Below, in pieces: positions 61,868 through 64,000 of a DNA stretch of 64,000 bases (position 1 is its first letter; each line of letters starts with the position of its first letter). The notes under the pieces were generated by a model that worked only from the letters and a program-made list of their open reading frames with translations, was not told the origin of the DNA and searched no databases. Origin of the DNA: the human T2T-CHM13v2.0 reference genome, Homo sapiens; NCBI RefSeq assembly GCF_009914755.1, contig NC_060948.1; one strand, 5' to 3'. A program made the translations under genes and the position numbers.

Positions 61868-64000
61868 AGATCCATATTTTTTAAATGAAAAAAAATTTCA
61901 AAGGTACTCTGCTTGGTACAATAATCAAATGTATAAACTGAGGAATAAAACATAACCATGAAACCTACTTATAACTGCATATGGAAAATACAGAGGATAA
62001 TTTTTTAAATAACATATTTTGAAAGCCTTAACTAGTAATTTGAAGAGTTGGCATTTGAAAGGCCAGTATGAATATACCTTCAAAGCAGCAACACAGGTTC
62101 CCCATGAGAAACAGCAAACTCAGGGAAAATAAAACCACAAAGGTTCAAGCTCTTCTGACCTTTGAAAGACACAGCACAGACAGTGGTCCTTAGGACGAAG
62201 AGCAGGAGACCCCTAATTCCGTCACCATGGCGATAGGGCATAAACATTGCTGGGTGAGGGCACAATCCACATTGTGAGGTCCAACTGCTGCCAGGAAGAC
62301 AGGAGTGCTTTTACATAGACCGAAAGGTCATTGAAGGCTCAGAGTTTTGTTTCAAGAACTGAATCCCAAGCCCACACGTTATTAGGCTGCGCTTCTTAAA
62401 ACAAGTTATGAGATGGGAAAAAGGGCACCCACAAACATACGTATACATTATGTATATAATAATATACAGTATCATATATATAATATATATAACCTATGTA
62501 TAATATTGTTTTACATCCTGCATCTTATATTATATATATTGTCTAAAATATAATAATTGATAATATATAAGTTTTCTATTTATACAATATGACATATAGT
62601 ATATATTATAATTTATGACATATATAATATATGTTATATATCATATATAGAATATATTATACGTTTAATATACGTATTAAATATAAATTATACATTATAT
62701 ATATTATATATAATATATCTGTTATATATAATACCCATTATGCATAATATGTATATTATGTCTATGTTATATATAGTATAAAACAACATATAATAATATA
62801 TAATTGTATATATAAAATGCGACATATAATATATATTATATTTTATGACATGTGTAATATATATTATATATTATATATAATACGTTGTATGTATAATACC
62901 TATATTAAATATATATTATATGACTATGTTATTAATTACATGTCACATGTGTTATATATTATATATTTTACATAGAATATACCGGTTACATACAATATAT
63001 ACTATGTTACCTATAATGTATAATTGATTACATGTAAAATAAAGAATGCAATATATTATGTATAATTTATAATTTACAGTATGTGGAATGTGATATATAT
63101 AACATATAATATATGATATATGATATACAGTATATGATATATAACATATAATATATGATACCTAGTATATATGGTATACAATATATATTTTATGATATGT
63201 ATTCTATATGTTTTATATTCTGTTATATATAACTATTTGAAATTATATATAACTGTATAATATTTTATGTAAATATGTAATATAATATATATAACTATAT
63301 AATATATTATATATAACTATATATTATGTTATATATACTTTTATATCATAATTTACATAAAATGTCATAACATAATATATATTATATTATTTCATATTAC
63401 ATAATATATATTACATATCACCCAATATAAGTAACATACATAATATTATAATATAGATTATATTATGTTATGTTAAATATCATATATATCATGTATCATA
63501 TATTCTATAATATATATTATACATTATATAATATGTATGTTGTCTATTATGTGATATATATAACTGTATATTATTATATTATTATACATATAACTAGATA
63601 AACATGTAATTCTACATATTTTCATTTATAATATATAGAATTATATAATCATATATAATTATTTATATTCTATAAAAAATTATATCATTATATAAATTAT
63701 AATATAAAAAAATTATAATATGTACTACAAATATATATATTATATATCATATATGATATAGTACCTTTGTTATATATCATAATACATATAAATGTGTATT
63801 ATGTTATCTATAATTATATAATTTCATATATAAGATGTATAATATGTATTATATATTGTATATGTTATGTAATATATATACTATATATAAGCTGACACAG
63901 GATAAATATTATATACTATGACATATAAAATATATGAGGTTATATGTTACATATAAGGCATAGCACATAACATGTAATATATATCATATATAATTTTTTT

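Overview
The whole 64 kb is one uninterrupted head-to-tail tandem array of a ~2.42 kb composite unit: 26 complete Alu/HSATI cores, ~26.4 periods, period 2413-2422 bp. Each unit has three parts: ~1.55 kb of extremely AT-rich degenerate (TA)n-like sequence, a ~290 bp diverged, slightly 5'-truncated Alu on the minus strand, and a ~570 bp moderately GC-containing spacer (HSATI-type). This matches the human Yq12 heterochromatin satellite DYZ2 (HSat1B), and the predicted ~2.14 kb HaeIII fragment fits the classical 2.1 kb male-specific band. I find no credible gene, RNA gene, CRISPR array or novel enzymatic system; the ORFs are short incidental frames repeated with the unit. The informative signal is in unit-to-unit variants. 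They show a 2-unit (4840 bp) duplication at ~3.7-13.7 kb, a 6-unit (14528 bp) duplication at ~22.8-50 kb containing a 4-unit (9686 bp) repeat (ABCDAB-ABCDAB'), a central variant layer nested between flanks of another type, a more diverged subfamily after ~57.6 kb with some ancestral Alu bases, and CpG decay on both strands. All variant calls were made by eye and need confirmation by alignment.
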